64,000 bases of DNA from SAR324 cluster bacterium SAR324-CTD7B (GCA_002082305.1 LSNO01000081.1:2041-66040), one strand, 5' to 3'. Positions 19,948 through 30,590 are shown, counted from the first letter of the stretch. The notes: a model not told the origin generated them from the letters alone. Made by a program: numbers and translations.

Positions 19948-21387
19948 TTAGCTGAATCTCTGCTGTGAACTTTTCTTCCTTCTTGCGACCCCAGTTTTTA
20001 TAGCGGCTTCCCGTACAGCTTTAGCAATTTTAGGTGCAACCGATGAGTCAAATACACTCGGAATAATATAGTCTGCACAGAGGTGTGATTCTTTTACAGT
20101 ACCGGCGATGGCGTGTGCAGTGGCCAATTTCATTTCTTCATTTATCGTACTGGCCTGACAATCAAGAGCTCCACGGAATATTCCCGGAAAACAGAGGACA
20201 TTATTGATTTGATTTGGATAATCACTGCGTCCGGTTGCCATCACGGCCACTACAGGTAAGGCTTCATCTGGACTGATTTCAGGGTCAGGATTTGACATTG
20301 CAAAAACAATTGGATCTTTGGCCATGCATTTTACATCTTCCTGATTGATCACATTGGGAGCGGAAACCCCCACAAAGACATCTGCTCCTGCAATTACATC
20401 TTTGAGAGTTCCAGAGTCCTGATTTGGATTTGTACTGTCAGCAAACCAGCGTTTACTGGAATTGAGATCGTTTCGTTTAGGATGTATTGCACCTTTGCTG
20501 TCACAGCCAATCAAGTTTTTTACACCAAGTTGTAGAATCATCTTGGAACATGCGGTTCCAGCTGCACCTGCACCGGAAACAACTACCTTTATGTCTTCAA
20601 CTTTTTTATCAACGAACTTTAGAGCATTGATTAAAGCGGCAGTCGTGACAACGGCAGTTCCATGTTGATCATCATGAAAAACCGGAATATCCAGCTCTTC
20701 CCGGAGTCTGCGTTCAATTTCAAAGCAGCGTGGCGCTGAAATGTCTTCTAAATTTATGGCACCAAAGCCAGGAGCAATGGCCTTAACAGTCCGTATAATT
20801 TCTTCGGTATCTGTGGTGTCTAGGCAAATCGGCCATGCGTCTATGTTGGCGAATTCTTTAAAAAGCATGGCTTTGCCTTCCATAACCGGCATGGCGGCTT
20901 TAGGGCCAATGTCGCCAAGTCCTAATACTGCAGTACCATCGGAAATCACTGCGACTGTGTTGCCTTTGATGGTCAGTTTGTATGCATCTTCAGGATCTTC
21001 GTAGATATCCATACAAATTCGAGCCACTCCCGGAGTATAGGCCATGGAAAGGTCATCACGGGTTTTGACGGGAATACGGTTTCGGATACTGATTTTTCCA
21101 CCCAAATGGACCAAAAATGTGCGGTCAGAAAAGTTGATAAATTCAACTCCCGGAAGGTTCTTGATTGCCGTTACTATTTGATCGCTGTGATCAGGATCAT
21201 GAGTAAAAATACTGATGTCACGAACTAAAACCCCGGCTTCAGGCTGCACGAGGTCAATCGCTCCTACTACTCCACCCATCTCAGAAATGGTTTTAGTCAC
21301 ACTGGCTAACATCCCAATCTTATTATCAATATTGAGACGAACGATTATACTGTTGCTAGCATTAAAAGCAGGTTGGCTGACTGTCAT
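19948..21387 (-). CDS. NAD(P)-dependent malic enzyme with N-terminal ACT domain
   Basis: Contains the malic enzyme signature AYTPGVA and the Rossmann motif VVVSGAGAAGTA, with an N-terminal ACT-like regulatory domain. Confidence 0.85.
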   Translation of the reverse strand: MTVSQPAFNASNSIIVRLNIDNKIGMLASVTKTISEMGGVVGAIDLVQPEAGVLVRDISIFTHDPDHSDQIVTAIKNLPGVEFINFSDRTFLVHLGGKISIRNRIPVKTRDDLSMAYTPGVARICMDIYEDPEDAYKLTIKGNTVAVISDGTAVLGLGDIGPKAAMPVMEGKAMLFKEFANIDAWPICLDTTDTEEIIRTVKAIAPGFGAINLEDISAPRCFEIERRLREELDIPVFHDDQHGTAVVTTAALINALKFVDKKVEDIKVVVSGAGAAGTACSKMILQLGVKNLIGCDSKGAIHPKRNDLNSSKRWFADSTNPNQDSGTLKDVIAGADVFVGVSAPNVINQEDVKCMAKDPIVFAMSNPDPEISPDEALPVVAVMATGRSDYPNQINNVLCFPGIFRGALDCQASTINEEMKLATAHAIAGTVKESHLCADYIIPSVFDSSVAPKIAKAVREAAIKTGVARRKKSSQQRFS

Positions 21388-21390
21388 AAA

Positions 21391-22500
21391 TTACTCCAAA
21401 AAGAGGTGATTTCTGTGAATAACCGGTTTACGTTGGGGGGCTTTCCCACTGGTCTTTGCCAGGTTTTGTTCTTTTATTTGGAGCCGCAATTCTTTGGCAG
21501 AACAATCAGCTCTTCCAACTCCGAGCCGTACACCTTCCTGATTGCATATTTCAACAAGGTCCTTGTTTTCAAATTGTCCTTCAACGCGTGTTACACCTTT
21601 GGCTAATAAACTCTTTTTATTTTTCATAAGAGCTTGTTCTGCTCCGCCATCGATGACCAAAGTCCCTTTGTTGAGTGCACCTGCCGCAAGCCATTTTTGA
21701 TAGCTTCGTATTTTTCGTCCGTGAGCAACAAAATGTGTTCCCCGTCGTTGTCCTTCCATTACATCACATACAGCTGCTGGAGATTTCCCATCCATGATGT
21801 ATGCATCGATTCCAAACGACATTGCCATTCCAGCCGAACGAACTTTACTTTCCATTCCTCCTTTTCCTCCGGCCGAAGTGACATGAATACAGTGTTGTAG
21901 AATTTCGTCAGTGAGTTCCTCCACTTTTTCTACAACAGTTGACTGCTTACCTTCCGGTGTTTCTTCTTCTTTGAGCAAACCAGGTGCAACGGTCAGGAAA
22001 AAAAGCTGATCCGCTCCAATAAGTGTTGCCAGATAAACGGCCAGTAAATCATTATCACCAAAATTGAGGTCCAATTCCTCTGTTGCAACAACATCGTTTT
22101 CATTAACAATTGGAACAATTTTATATTTGAGCAGATTTTCAAGAGTATTGCGAATATTGAGATAAGACTTCCGGAGACCAAAATCTCCACGTGTTAACAA
22201 TATTTGAGCTACCGTGGTTTTATGTTTGCGAAAAGCATCAGCATAAATTTGAATCAACCTGGCTTGTCCGACTGAAGCCAATATTTGATGTGACGCCAGG
22301 GTGTTTCTCGTTTCATCCACAGAACACAACTCCCGTCCGGCTCCAACTGATCCGGAAGTTACCACTAAAACATCGTGACCATGGCCCCGGATTATCGCAA
22401 TTTGTGCAGCCAGTTCGCCTATTAATTTATAATCCAACTTGCCATTCGATTGATGCAGAACATTTGTTCCAATTTTTATGACAATACGTTTAGATTTCAC
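21391..22500 (-). CDS. proB: Glutamate 5-kinase with C-terminal PUA domain
   Basis: Opens IVIKIGTNVL, has an amino-acid-kinase fold and a C-terminal PUA region. Confidence 0.9.
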   Translation of the reverse strand: MKSKRIVIKIGTNVLHQSNGKLDYKLIGELAAQIAIIRGHGHDVLVVTSGSVGAGRELCSVDETRNTLASHQILASVGQARLIQIYADAFRKHKTTVAQILLTRGDFGLRKSYLNIRNTLENLLKYKIVPIVNENDVVATEELDLNFGDNDLLAVYLATLIGADQLFFLTVAPGLLKEEETPEGKQSTVVEKVEELTDEILQHCIHVTSAGGKGGMESKVRSAGMAMSFGIDAYIMDGKSPAAVCDVMEGQRRGTHFVAHGRKIRSYQKWLAAGALNKGTLVIDGGAEQALMKNKKSLLAKGVTRVEGQFENKDLVEICNQEGVRLGVGRADCSAKELRLQIKEQNLAKTSGKAPQRKPVIHRNHLFLE

Positions 22501-22713
22501 TTTTAAAACAATCAGTAAATGCCAGTCCGATTCAGGGAAAAACTAGAGGGGCATGAAAATAAGAATATAGATTAAGTGCTTGTAGATATTATCATGAAAT
22601 CTGGAAGCTTTGCAAGCGTGAGGGAAATGACTTGCTGCTCAAAAACTGCGCTCCGTCAGCACAGATTCAGATATTGATGCAAATCTAATTTATTAAATTA
22701 TTCATCGCATATT

Positions 22714-23181
22714 TTATAATACTACTTCTGTATCAGGATCTGTCTCCTTTTGAAGACGGTTTTCATCTAAAACAGCTAGCCGCAACAACCATCTCTGGAT
22801 AATGGCATAGGAAAACAAAAGTAAACCCAATGCGCCTGCATAATGCCGAACCGGCTCAAAGTAAGAAAGCAAAAAACTTGATCCAAACAACAGTAAAAGA
22901 ATTTTATTGCAAACCGAGCAGCCAAAACCGACAAATCCTAAAATTCCACCTATTCCCGCTTTTTTAGTGGCACAGTGTGGTGCCTGAATACCGAAGAACA
23001 GGCCAATTAAAAGTGATTCAAAACTGAGAATTATATAATCCCAGCCATTCACCTCTGTCATGCGGATGAAAAAGGAATTGTTCCAAAGAGCAGTAATTGT
23101 TCCCAACAGCAAAAAAGCTGCTGAAGCAATAATCAAGGTACTCAGCCATTCCTTTAAGCTTAATTGTTTTAATAATTTCAT
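22714..23181 (-). CDS. Hypothetical integral membrane protein
   Basis: 155 aa with about four predicted TM segments. Confidence 0.45.
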   Translation of the reverse strand: MKLLKQLSLKEWLSTLIIASAAFLLLGTITALWNNSFFIRMTEVNGWDYIILSFESLLIGLFFGIQAPHCATKKAGIGGILGFVGFGCSVCNKILLLLFGSSFLLSYFEPVRHYAGALGLLLFSYAIIQRWLLRLAVLDENRLQKETDPDTEVVL

Positions 23182-23501
23182 TAGCAGTCCTTTAGGAAAT
23201 TACATTCCGTTCTGCACTCAAATTATTCCGAACCACAATGGATCAGATTCTTAATAAATGCAACAAGCTCATTTTCAATCAATTCAGTTTAGAATACTGG
23301 ATTTCCCGAAATTTGTGCTTCAGTCATAATTGATTTTATTATTACAGTTGGAAAGGCTCTGAGATAAGACGGGGATCATCGGATTGTACGATGGCAGTCA
23401 AAAGTTGAACAAAATTCAGGTAGTCAGATTTAGATCAGCAAAACAACCTCAAAGTGTGCAAAATGCGTAACAGTCAGAGCGGAGTTTTGTGACCAGTAGT
23501 C

Positions 23502-23897
23502 TTAGTTACCGGATGAAGATTCGATAGGTGGTGCAACTTTCTGTTCTAATTCAGCTGGAGGAATCTCCGGAGTTTTTTCTGCCTGCGTGTCTTCATCAGG
23601 AATGAGCATTTGTTCTGCAACAGGAATCGTTGTTGTGACAGGAGCCAAGTCCCGTACAACTGAATCACGGGCAGTATCTGAGGAAAGATATGCAAGAGAG
23701 AGAGAGGTCAGCATGAAAACAATCGCCACACCGGTTGTAATTTTACCTACACCAGTCATACTTCCCCGTACCGAGTTTGCCTGACCGACACTACCAAAAG
23801 CTGCACCAAGTTCAGCACCGCGTCCGGATTGAAGAAGAACAAAGAAGATAATCGAAATACAAGCAATAATATGGATAACTAGAATTAATTCAAACAT
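23502..23897 (-). CDS. secG: Preprotein translocase subunit SecG
   Basis: Opens MFELILVIHIIACISIIFFVLLQSGRGAELGAAFGS, the typical SecG N-terminus. Adjacent to tpiA. Confidence 0.85.
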   Translation of the reverse strand: MFELILVIHIIACISIIFFVLLQSGRGAELGAAFGSVGQANSVRGSMTGVGKITTGVAIVFMLTSLSLAYLSSDTARDSVVRDLAPVTTTIPVAEQMLIPDEDTQAEKTPEIPPAELEQKVAPPIESSSGN

Positions 23898-23923
23898 AAA
23901 AACTGGTCAAAAGAAAATTTTAA

Positions 23924-24676
23924 TTAACTGCCCGCAGCTACTATGAGTGGGAAGGCATCCGTTTTAAGACTTGCTCCACCTACAAGAGCACCGTCAATTT
24001 CAGACTGAGAAAGTAAAGTATCCGCATTTTCCGCATTTACACTTCCACCGTAAATTATTTGCATTTTATCCGCAACTTCAGGACTGGCCAGTGATTCCAA
24101 CTCTTTCCGGATTATCTTGTGCATGGAATTTGCTTGTTCCGGTGTGGCGGTTTTTCCTGTGCCAATAGCCCAAATCGGCTCATAGGCTACAACGCAGCGA
24201 TTCTGGTCATCTACCGCTAAACCAGACAATCCCATGCCTAACTGTGCAACCACCACTTCTTCGTGTTTTCCTGATTCTCGTTGTTCCAACGTTTCTCCAA
24301 TACAGAGAATAGGGCGGATACCATGTTTGAGCAGAGTTTCTGTCTTACTCCGGATGAATTCGTCTGATTCACCAAATAAAATCCTGCGTTCCGAATGTCC
24401 AACTATACACCACTGAACTCCGCATTCTTGTAATAACGGTGCAGATGTTTCTCCTGTAAAGGCTCCTGATGTTTCCGAGTGAACGTTTTGGGCGCCAACT
24501 GCGATTCGGGATCCTTTAACTGTATTATTCATTGAAGAAAGCAGAACATCTGGTGGACAAATCACTACTTCACAAGTCGTCTTTTCTAATATAGGACTGA
24601 GCACTTTCTGCATCGAGTCAATCAATGCAAACGAACCATTCATTTTCCAGTTTGCCGCAATCAGTTTGGCCCGCAT
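23924..24676 (-). CDS. tpiA: Triosephosphate isomerase
   Basis: Contains the AANWKMNG motif, the catalytic IGHSERR region and the AYEPIWAIGTG motif. Confidence 0.9.
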   Translation of the reverse strand: MRAKLIAANWKMNGSFALIDSMQKVLSPILEKTTCEVVICPPDVLLSSMNNTVKGSRIAVGAQNVHSETSGAFTGETSAPLLQECGVQWCIVGHSERRILFGESDEFIRSKTETLLKHGIRPILCIGETLEQRESGKHEEVVVAQLGMGLSGLAVDDQNRCVVAYEPIWAIGTGKTATPEQANSMHKIIRKELESLASPEVADKMQIIYGGSVNAENADTLLSQSEIDGALVGGASLKTDAFPLIVAAGS

Positions 24677-24913
24677 ATAAAAAATTTTATTAAAAAAGTC
24701 AGTATCGTAAAAAAGTCAATCCTTAGATTCTATGGTTTTTACCTGTTAAATACAAGATTTTTCATCAAATAACGGATAGTTTAATCGTAGCTATTGCGTT
24801 TTTTGAACTTTTTGATATATGTACGTGTTATCATTTTTTTGAAAATAAAATCAAATACAATAAATACTAAGTTTTTTACGGTAGTCAGTCATAGATAAAA
24901 TAATGGAGATAAT

Positions 24914-25162
24914 TTGGACAAATTAAGAAAACGCATTGACGAATTGGATGCAGAATTGTTGAAGTTGCTCAACGAACGTGCAGAATGCGTTGTTAAAATT
25001 GGAGCAATAAAGCAAAAAGAAGAGTCGAAAGTGGTCGTCCCTCAGCGGGAAAAAGAGTTGCTTAATCGCTTAACAACGCTAAATAATGGGCCAATGACAG
25101 AGAAAATGGTACACCGTCTTTTTCAGGAAATCATTGATACTCTCAAACAATTACAGGAATAA
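24914..25162 (+). CDS. Chorismate mutase (AroQ class)
   Basis: 82 aa opening LRKRIDELDAELLKLLNERAECVVKIGAIK, the AroQ helical fold. Confidence 0.8.
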   Translation: MDKLRKRIDELDAELLKLLNERAECVVKIGAIKQKEESKVVVPQREKELLNRLTTLNNGPMTEKMVHRLFQEIIDTLKQLQE

Positions 25163-25189
25163 TGTTTCAGTTTTGAGGTCTGGGCCTTG

Positions 25190-25699
25190 TTAACGGATTT
25201 CAAGAAGTTCAACCTCAAATTTAAGTGTAGCATCCGGAGGAATTGTACTGCCAGCACCTTGACTCCCGTAACCCAGATCCGGTGGAATTGTCAGTTCCCA
25301 CTTGTCTCCCACCTTCATTAATTGCAGGGCTTCTGTCCATCCGCGAATAACTCCATTAACAGGAAATGTAGCAGGCTGGTTTCGTTTGTAAGAACTGTCA
25401 AATTCAAATCCATCTGTAAGTTTTCCACGATAATGCACAGAAACGACACTGTCTGGTCCAGGACTTTCTGTTCCGGAACCTTCTGCAATTACATGGTACT
25501 GCAATCCACTTGCAGTGGTGATGGTGTCTGTTGAAGTTGTATTTGTCACTATTACCTCTTGATTTGAAGTTGACGTTTTTGGAACATTTTCTCCTGTTGA
25601 GGAAGTAACTGTTCCATTCTTGGAATTTATATAAAATGCTGCAGCTCCCACAATTGCTGCCAGTGCAAGAAGAAATATTCTGTTGTTAAATCCTTGCAT
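25190..25699 (-). CDS. FKBP-type peptidyl-prolyl cis-trans isomerase (secreted)
   Basis: Signal peptide plus an FKBP domain ([16 protein letters not shown]...VIRGWTEAL...IPPDLGYG). Confidence 0.85.
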   Translation of the reverse strand: MQGFNNRIFLLALAAIVGAAAFYINSKNGTVTSSTGENVPKTSTSNQEVIVTNTTSTDTITTASGLQYHVIAEGSGTESPGPDSVVSVHYRGKLTDGFEFDSSYKRNQPATFPVNGVIRGWTEALQLMKVGDKWELTIPPDLGYGSQGAGSTIPPDATLKFEVELLEIR

Positions 25700-25761
25700 A
25701 GAGCTTCTCAGAAAAAATAATGTCGAAGAATAAAAGAATTACTTAAATTAAATTCAATAAC

Positions 25762-26664
25762 TTATTTTACAGGAACTTCTTTAATTTTTACACCAACCGT
25801 ATCAAAAAAATCAGCCAGTGAATCCTTTATATGTTCTATATCCATGCGGTCTTTGAAAACTATACCAAGTGTTGCTTTCACCATTTCCGGATCCAGATGG
25901 TCTTGATGCAGCATGACTAGTGACCTGGCCCAATCCAAAGTTTCTGCAACTCCAGGCACTTTTTCCAGCTTTTGCTCCCGAATCAATTCCATAAAAATGC
26001 ATATTTGTTTGGCGAGACGCAGATCTATTCCAGGAACTTTGCTCCGCACAATCGCCAGTTCTTTTTCGTAATCTGGATAATCCATCCACAAATAAAAACA
26101 GCGTCGGCGAACGGCATCCGATAATTCTCGGGTTCGATTGCTGGTCAAAATCACATAAGGTTTTTCCTTGGCACGTATGCTGCCGATTTCCGGAATAGTA
26201 ATTTGCCATTCAGATAATATTTCCAGCAAAAAACTTTCAAATTCCTCGTCTGAGCGGTCCAGTTCATCAATTAATAAAACCGGTGGTTTGTGATGCGTAA
26301 TCGCCTGCAATAAGGGACGTTTAAGTAAAAAATCTTCACTGAAAATAGTGGACTCCCGTTCAGCCAGTGATTTGTCACTACCCTCTTCAAGTTTGATATG
26401 GAGCAACTGACGCTGATAGTTCCATTCATAAAGCGCCATATTTGCGTCAAGTCCTTCATAACATTGAAGCCGAATCAAATCTGTATCCAGTGCTTTTGCC
26501 ATTACTTTTGCGATTTCCGTTTTACCTACACCTGCAGGACCTTCAACCAATAATGGTTTTTGGAGAGTTTTTGCCAAATAGACTGACATTACGATTGCTG
26601 AATCAGCCACGTAATTTTGTTTCTCCAGCATTTGCCGGATTTGTTTTGTTTCATTTGAAAACAT
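25762..26664 (-). CDS. MoxR-like AAA+ ATPase
   Basis: Walker A GPAGVGKT, Walker B LLIDELDR and the MoxR helper-ATPase architecture. Confidence 0.8.
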   Translation of the reverse strand: MFSNETKQIRQMLEKQNYVADSAIVMSVYLAKTLQKPLLVEGPAGVGKTEIAKVMAKALDTDLIRLQCYEGLDANMALYEWNYQRQLLHIKLEEGSDKSLAERESTIFSEDFLLKRPLLQAITHHKPPVLLIDELDRSDEEFESFLLEILSEWQITIPEIGSIRAKEKPYVILTSNRTRELSDAVRRRCFYLWMDYPDYEKELAIVRSKVPGIDLRLAKQICIFMELIREQKLEKVPGVAETLDWARSLVMLHQDHLDPEMVKATLGIVFKDRMDIEHIKDSLADFFDTVGVKIKEVPVK

Positions 26665-26705
26665 AAATTATTCCGTTATTAGTCCCGTGCATTCGTTACG
26701 GCAAC

Positions 26706-27134
26706 TCAAGTTTGGTGTTGTGCAGCACAATCTTCAAGCGCATCCCACGCCAGTCTCATGCACTTGATGCGGCTCCGATGCGGTTTCAAGTCAATCAACG
26801 GACGCAGAGATTCTATAGTTTCAGGAATATCCTCAGTATCTTTTCGGAGGCTTTTACTAAACTCTTTACTGATCTGCAGTACTTCTGACAGAGTTCTTTC
26901 CAAAATAAACTCGCTCATCATTGAAGCCGAAGCAATACAAATAGAGCAGCCCCGTACTTGTGTCCTGCAGTCATGAATGGTTTCTCCGGACAACGCTAAA
27001 GTCAGTTCCAACTCATCTCCACAAAGCGGATTGAAAGCGGATGCCTTCAAATCCGGATGCTCCAAACATCCCGAATATTTTGGGTGTCGTGCATGATCCA
27101 GCAACAGATCCCTGTAAATAGAATTAGTACTCAT
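26706..27134 (-). CDS. sufU: SufU/IscU-like Fe-S cluster assembly scaffold (zinc-dependent sulfurtransferase)
   Basis: Conserved NPLCGDELEL and GCSICIASASMM motifs. Start taken at MSTNSIYRD (27134), one nt after the sufS stop. Confidence 0.75.
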   Translation of the reverse strand: MSTNSIYRDLLLDHARHPKYSGCLEHPDLKASAFNPLCGDELELTLALSGETIHDCRTQVRGCSICIASASMMSEFILERTLSEVLQISKEFSKSLRKDTEDIPETIESLRPLIDLKPHRSRIKCMRLAWDALEDCAAQHQT

Positions 27135-27135
27135 A

Positions 27136-28389
27136 TCAATCCAAAAAAATATCTCTAGCTCGATCAAGTGAGGAAAACAAACGGTCGATTTCTGAGACTT
27201 CGTTGTATATCCCAAAACTCATGCGAACGCTTGCCGCGACTCCGAGCCGCTCATGCAGAATTTGCGTGCAGTGGTGTCCGGCACGTACTGCAATTCCACT
27301 CTCGTCCAGAACTTGCGCGACATCGTGAGGATGCACATTCCGGAGGTTGAAACTCAACACGCCAGTTCGGTCGCAGGTATCCTGAGGTCCATAAAGTTCC
27401 AGATCTGAAAACTCTGCGAACCTGTTCAGCGCATGGGCAGTGAGTTCTTTTTCATGCTTTTGAATTTCAGAAATTCCGACATCAGATACATATTCCAAGG
27501 CTGCCGCCAATCCGGAAACTTCGGCCACGGGAGGAGTTCCCGCTTCAAATTTTTGCGGAGAATCCGCCCATGTGGAAGATTGCCGCCCGACTTGGCGAAT
27601 CATTCCGCCGCCGCCTTGAAACGGCTGCATTTCGTCGAGGCGTTCTTTTTTTGCGTAAAGCACCCCGATTCCTGTTGGACCATAAACTTTGTGTCCGGAA
27701 AAAGCGAGGAAATCGCAATCCAATCCGGAAACGTCTATCGGCATCCGTGCCACTGCCTGAGCTGCATCCACCAAAACCGGAATGCCGCGTTCGTGTGCCA
27801 TTTCTACGATTTTCGCAATGGGATTAACTGTTCCTAAAACATTGGAAACTGCAGTTACTGCAAGCAGTTTAACAGAATCTGTCAGCAATTCTTCCAACTC
27901 TTCCAATTCCAAAAGACCGACACTGGTGCTTCCGGCTTCCGGAGTGATTGGCCAGTACACCAATTCCGCTCCGGATGCTTGTGCGGCCATTTGCCAAGGT
28001 ACCAGATTGGAATGGTGTTCCATTTCGGTCACGATGATCCGGTCTCCCGTTTTTAAATTGTGTTGCGCCCAAGCTGAAGCAACAAGATTGATTGACTCCG
28101 TGGTTCCGCGGGTAAAAATTATATTTCCGGAATCCGTTGCGCCAATAAATTTCGCAATGCTTTCACGGCCTTCTTCGTAAATTTCCGTTGCTTCTTCGGC
28201 AAGCGTGTAAACTCCGCGGCTGACGTTACTGTTGTGAGTTGAATAAAAGTCCAACAGTGAGTCGATCACGCAGTTTGGCTTTTGAGTAGTAGCTGCATTG
28301 TCCAGATAAGCCAGAGGGAAGTCGTTAATTTCACGTTTGAGAATTGGGAAATCATCTCGTACTTTTGATGCCAACGGATGGTGTTGCAT
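27136..28389 (-). CDS. sufS: Cysteine desulfurase, SufS family
   Basis: PLP-lysine region SGHKVYGPTGIGVLY and the C-terminal catalytic cysteine loop RAGHHC. Confidence 0.9.
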   Translation of the reverse strand: MQHHPLASKVRDDFPILKREINDFPLAYLDNAATTQKPNCVIDSLLDFYSTHNSNVSRGVYTLAEEATEIYEEGRESIAKFIGATDSGNIIFTRGTTESINLVASAWAQHNLKTGDRIIVTEMEHHSNLVPWQMAAQASGAELVYWPITPEAGSTSVGLLELEELEELLTDSVKLLAVTAVSNVLGTVNPIAKIVEMAHERGIPVLVDAAQAVARMPIDVSGLDCDFLAFSGHKVYGPTGIGVLYAKKERLDEMQPFQGGGGMIRQVGRQSSTWADSPQKFEAGTPPVAEVSGLAAALEYVSDVGISEIQKHEKELTAHALNRFAEFSDLELYGPQDTCDRTGVLSFNLRNVHPHDVAQVLDESGIAVRAGHHCTQILHERLGVAASVRMSFGIYNEVSEIDRLFSSLDRARDIFLD

Positions 28390-28493
28390 TTTTTTGCGCT
28401 AAAAAACAACCACAGATTTGCGCGGATTAGCACAGAAATATTATCTGTTTTGTCCGTTTTGTCTGTGGCTAATATCAGGATTCAGGGACAAAC

Positions 28494-29279
28494 TTATTTC
28501 AATTCCATCATTGATTTTCCGGAACCGCCGCGACGGATGGTCACCATTTCACCGACAATGCTCAAAGCTATTTCTTCAGGAGTCGTTCCGGCAAAATCCA
28601 AACCTGCTGGAGAATGTACCCGCTTTAATTCTTCAGGAGCAACACCTTCATCGAGTAAATACTTAAAGACCAGTTTTGCCCGCTTGGTGCTGGCCACCAA
28701 ACCGATATACGGCCCATGTCCCTCCAAGGCCTTTTTGATCGAATGCTGGTCGCCTTTATGTTGAGTAACAACCACGACATAAGTCTGCGCCCCAATTTCC
28801 ATTTTGCTGAAATCCAAATCAGAAGTGATTAAATGTTCCGCCATCGGGAAGGCTTCACTGGTCGCTCCGGAATCGTTGACAGTGATGGAAAAATGAACCG
28901 TGTGAGCCAATTCTGCCAAAACCTCAGCGATGCGTCCGTGTCCTACAATCATTAATTCCGGACGTGGCATATATGGTTCTACATATACTTCCATTGTGCC
29001 GCCGCAAGGCATTCCAACACCTAAAATTTCATCATCGAGATCAAGGGGAACAATCCGGGTTTGGCCGTCACGCATACTTTCCAGAGAGGCTTCCCGCACT
29101 GCTTCCTCCGCGCAACCACCGCCGACCCAGCCGAATACGGTTTGTCCCTTGCTGTCAATAATAGATTTCGCTCCGGGTTTAGCGGAAACCGATCCGGTAA
29201 TTTTGATTACTGTTGCCACCGCAAACGGAACTTCCGCCGCATTAAATTCTGCTAATTTTTCAAAATATTCGTTGGACAT
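28494..29279 (-). CDS. XdhC/CoxI family molybdoenzyme maturation factor
   Basis: XdhC_CoxI N-terminal domain plus Rossmann-like domain (LMIVGHGRIAEVLAELA). Confidence 0.75.
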   Translation of the reverse strand: MSNEYFEKLAEFNAAEVPFAVATVIKITGSVSAKPGAKSIIDSKGQTVFGWVGGGCAEEAVREASLESMRDGQTRIVPLDLDDEILGVGMPCGGTMEVYVEPYMPRPELMIVGHGRIAEVLAELAHTVHFSITVNDSGATSEAFPMAEHLITSDLDFSKMEIGAQTYVVVVTQHKGDQHSIKKALEGHGPYIGLVASTKRAKLVFKYLLDEGVAPEELKRVHSPAGLDFAGTTPEEIALSIVGEMVTIRRGGSGKSMMELK

Positions 29280-29381
29280 TTTTTGTCGCTTTGCTTCTAG
29301 TAAAATTATAGGTAGTGATTCAGCAAGAACTTATTGTTCTGCAATGGCTTCCTCTGTTATTGAGTCTCAAATAATGTAATT

Positions 29382-29975
29382 TTAATCCGTACAAAACATC
29401 TTATAATCTTCCGGAGTATCCACATCCCGTAAAACGTTATCATTTCCCATTTCGACTTCCCGGACACACTCCGGATGTTTTAATACAATGTCCCTGCAGC
29501 CCTCACCTTTGTGTTGTAAAATAATGTCTCTGAATTGACTGGAAAACAAAACCGGATTGCCGCGCTGTCCTTTAAAAACTGGAACAATAATCAAAGAACT
29601 TTCAGAATCGAATAAATCAGTAAACTCATGAATTAAACGATTAAAATCGGAGGTTTCAATGAACGGTTGATCAGCAAGGCATATCAGCAAGCCTTCACTT
29701 TCCGCAGATGCAGCCTGTATTCCGGTTTGAATAGAGGATGTCATGCCCTCCATGTAGCGCAGATTTTCTACAAACCGCACCGGTTGCCCCTGTAAAACGT
29801 CTTCGATTTTTTCTGCTTCGTGACCAACCACTACCACTACTTCATCTACGTTTGAGGCACAGACCGATTTCACAAAGTTACGGATCAACACTTCCCCGCT
29901 GATTGGCAGGAGGAGCTTGTTTTTCACTCCCATTCTCCGGGATTCACCGGCGGCCAGAATGATTGCGGAAATCAT
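29382..29975 (-). CDS. MobA/MocA-like molybdenum cofactor nucleotidyltransferase
   Basis: Opens AIILAAGESRRMGVKNKLLLPISGEVL, the NTP_transf_3 N-terminal motif. Confidence 0.7.
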   Translation of the reverse strand: MISAIILAAGESRRMGVKNKLLLPISGEVLIRNFVKSVCASNVDEVVVVVGHEAEKIEDVLQGQPVRFVENLRYMEGMTSSIQTGIQAASAESEGLLICLADQPFIETSDFNRLIHEFTDLFDSESSLIIVPVFKGQRGNPVLFSSQFRDIILQHKGEGCRDIVLKHPECVREVEMGNDNVLRDVDTPEDYKMFCTD

Positions 29976-30009
29976 TGCAGAAAAAAACTAAAAATGCACC
30001 GTAATGTTT

Positions 30010-30588
30010 TCATTCCAATTCTGCTTTTTTGCCAAACTTTCTTTTGAGTTCAGACACAATAATTGAACCAACAAGTGATGCTGCTTTGACCGGTTCTGCT
30101 TCTGAAGGAACCTCATCCACATTGCCTCTTTCATTTTCTTGTGTAAGCAAATTGGAAAAATTCTGGATGAATTGTTCAAAGAGTTTGTTATTTACAGCTT
30201 CAATCATGCGTGAACCAAACTGAGCGATCCGGCCCGTGATAGACACAGTCATAATGCACGAAATTTCAGTGAATGTTTCATGCGCATTTAGAGAGAGTTC
30301 CATGTTCATCGTTGCTCCTCCTTTTCCGCTGATGTCTGCTCCTTTTCCTTCCATTGACAGTTCGTAAGTTGAACTGTCCCGTTGAGTGAATTCAACGTCG
30401 CCATTAAATTTGGCTGTCACAGGACCGATTTTAATTGTTACTTTGCCTTTGAAGTGATCCTCATCAATGGTCTCAGTGAGTTGTGCCCCCGGAACACAAA
30501 CTACTATTTTTTCGGGATTAGTGAGGACTGTCCAAACTGAATCGATATCCGCATTGACCAGAAATTTTTTGTCGGCTTTAACTTTCAT
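30010..30588 (-). CDS. CoxG-like SRPBCC family protein (carbon monoxide dehydrogenase subunit G-like)
   Basis: 192 aa with a CoxG/SRPBCC fold pattern. Clusters with the XdhC and MocA homologs. Confidence 0.65.
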   Translation of the reverse strand: MKVKADKKFLVNADIDSVWTVLTNPEKIVVCVPGAQLTETIDEDHFKGKVTIKIGPVTAKFNGDVEFTQRDSSTYELSMEGKGADISGKGGATMNMELSLNAHETFTEISCIMTVSITGRIAQFGSRMIEAVNNKLFEQFIQNFSNLLTQENERGNVDEVPSEAEPVKAASLVGSIIVSELKRKFGKKAELE

Positions 30589-30590
30589 TT

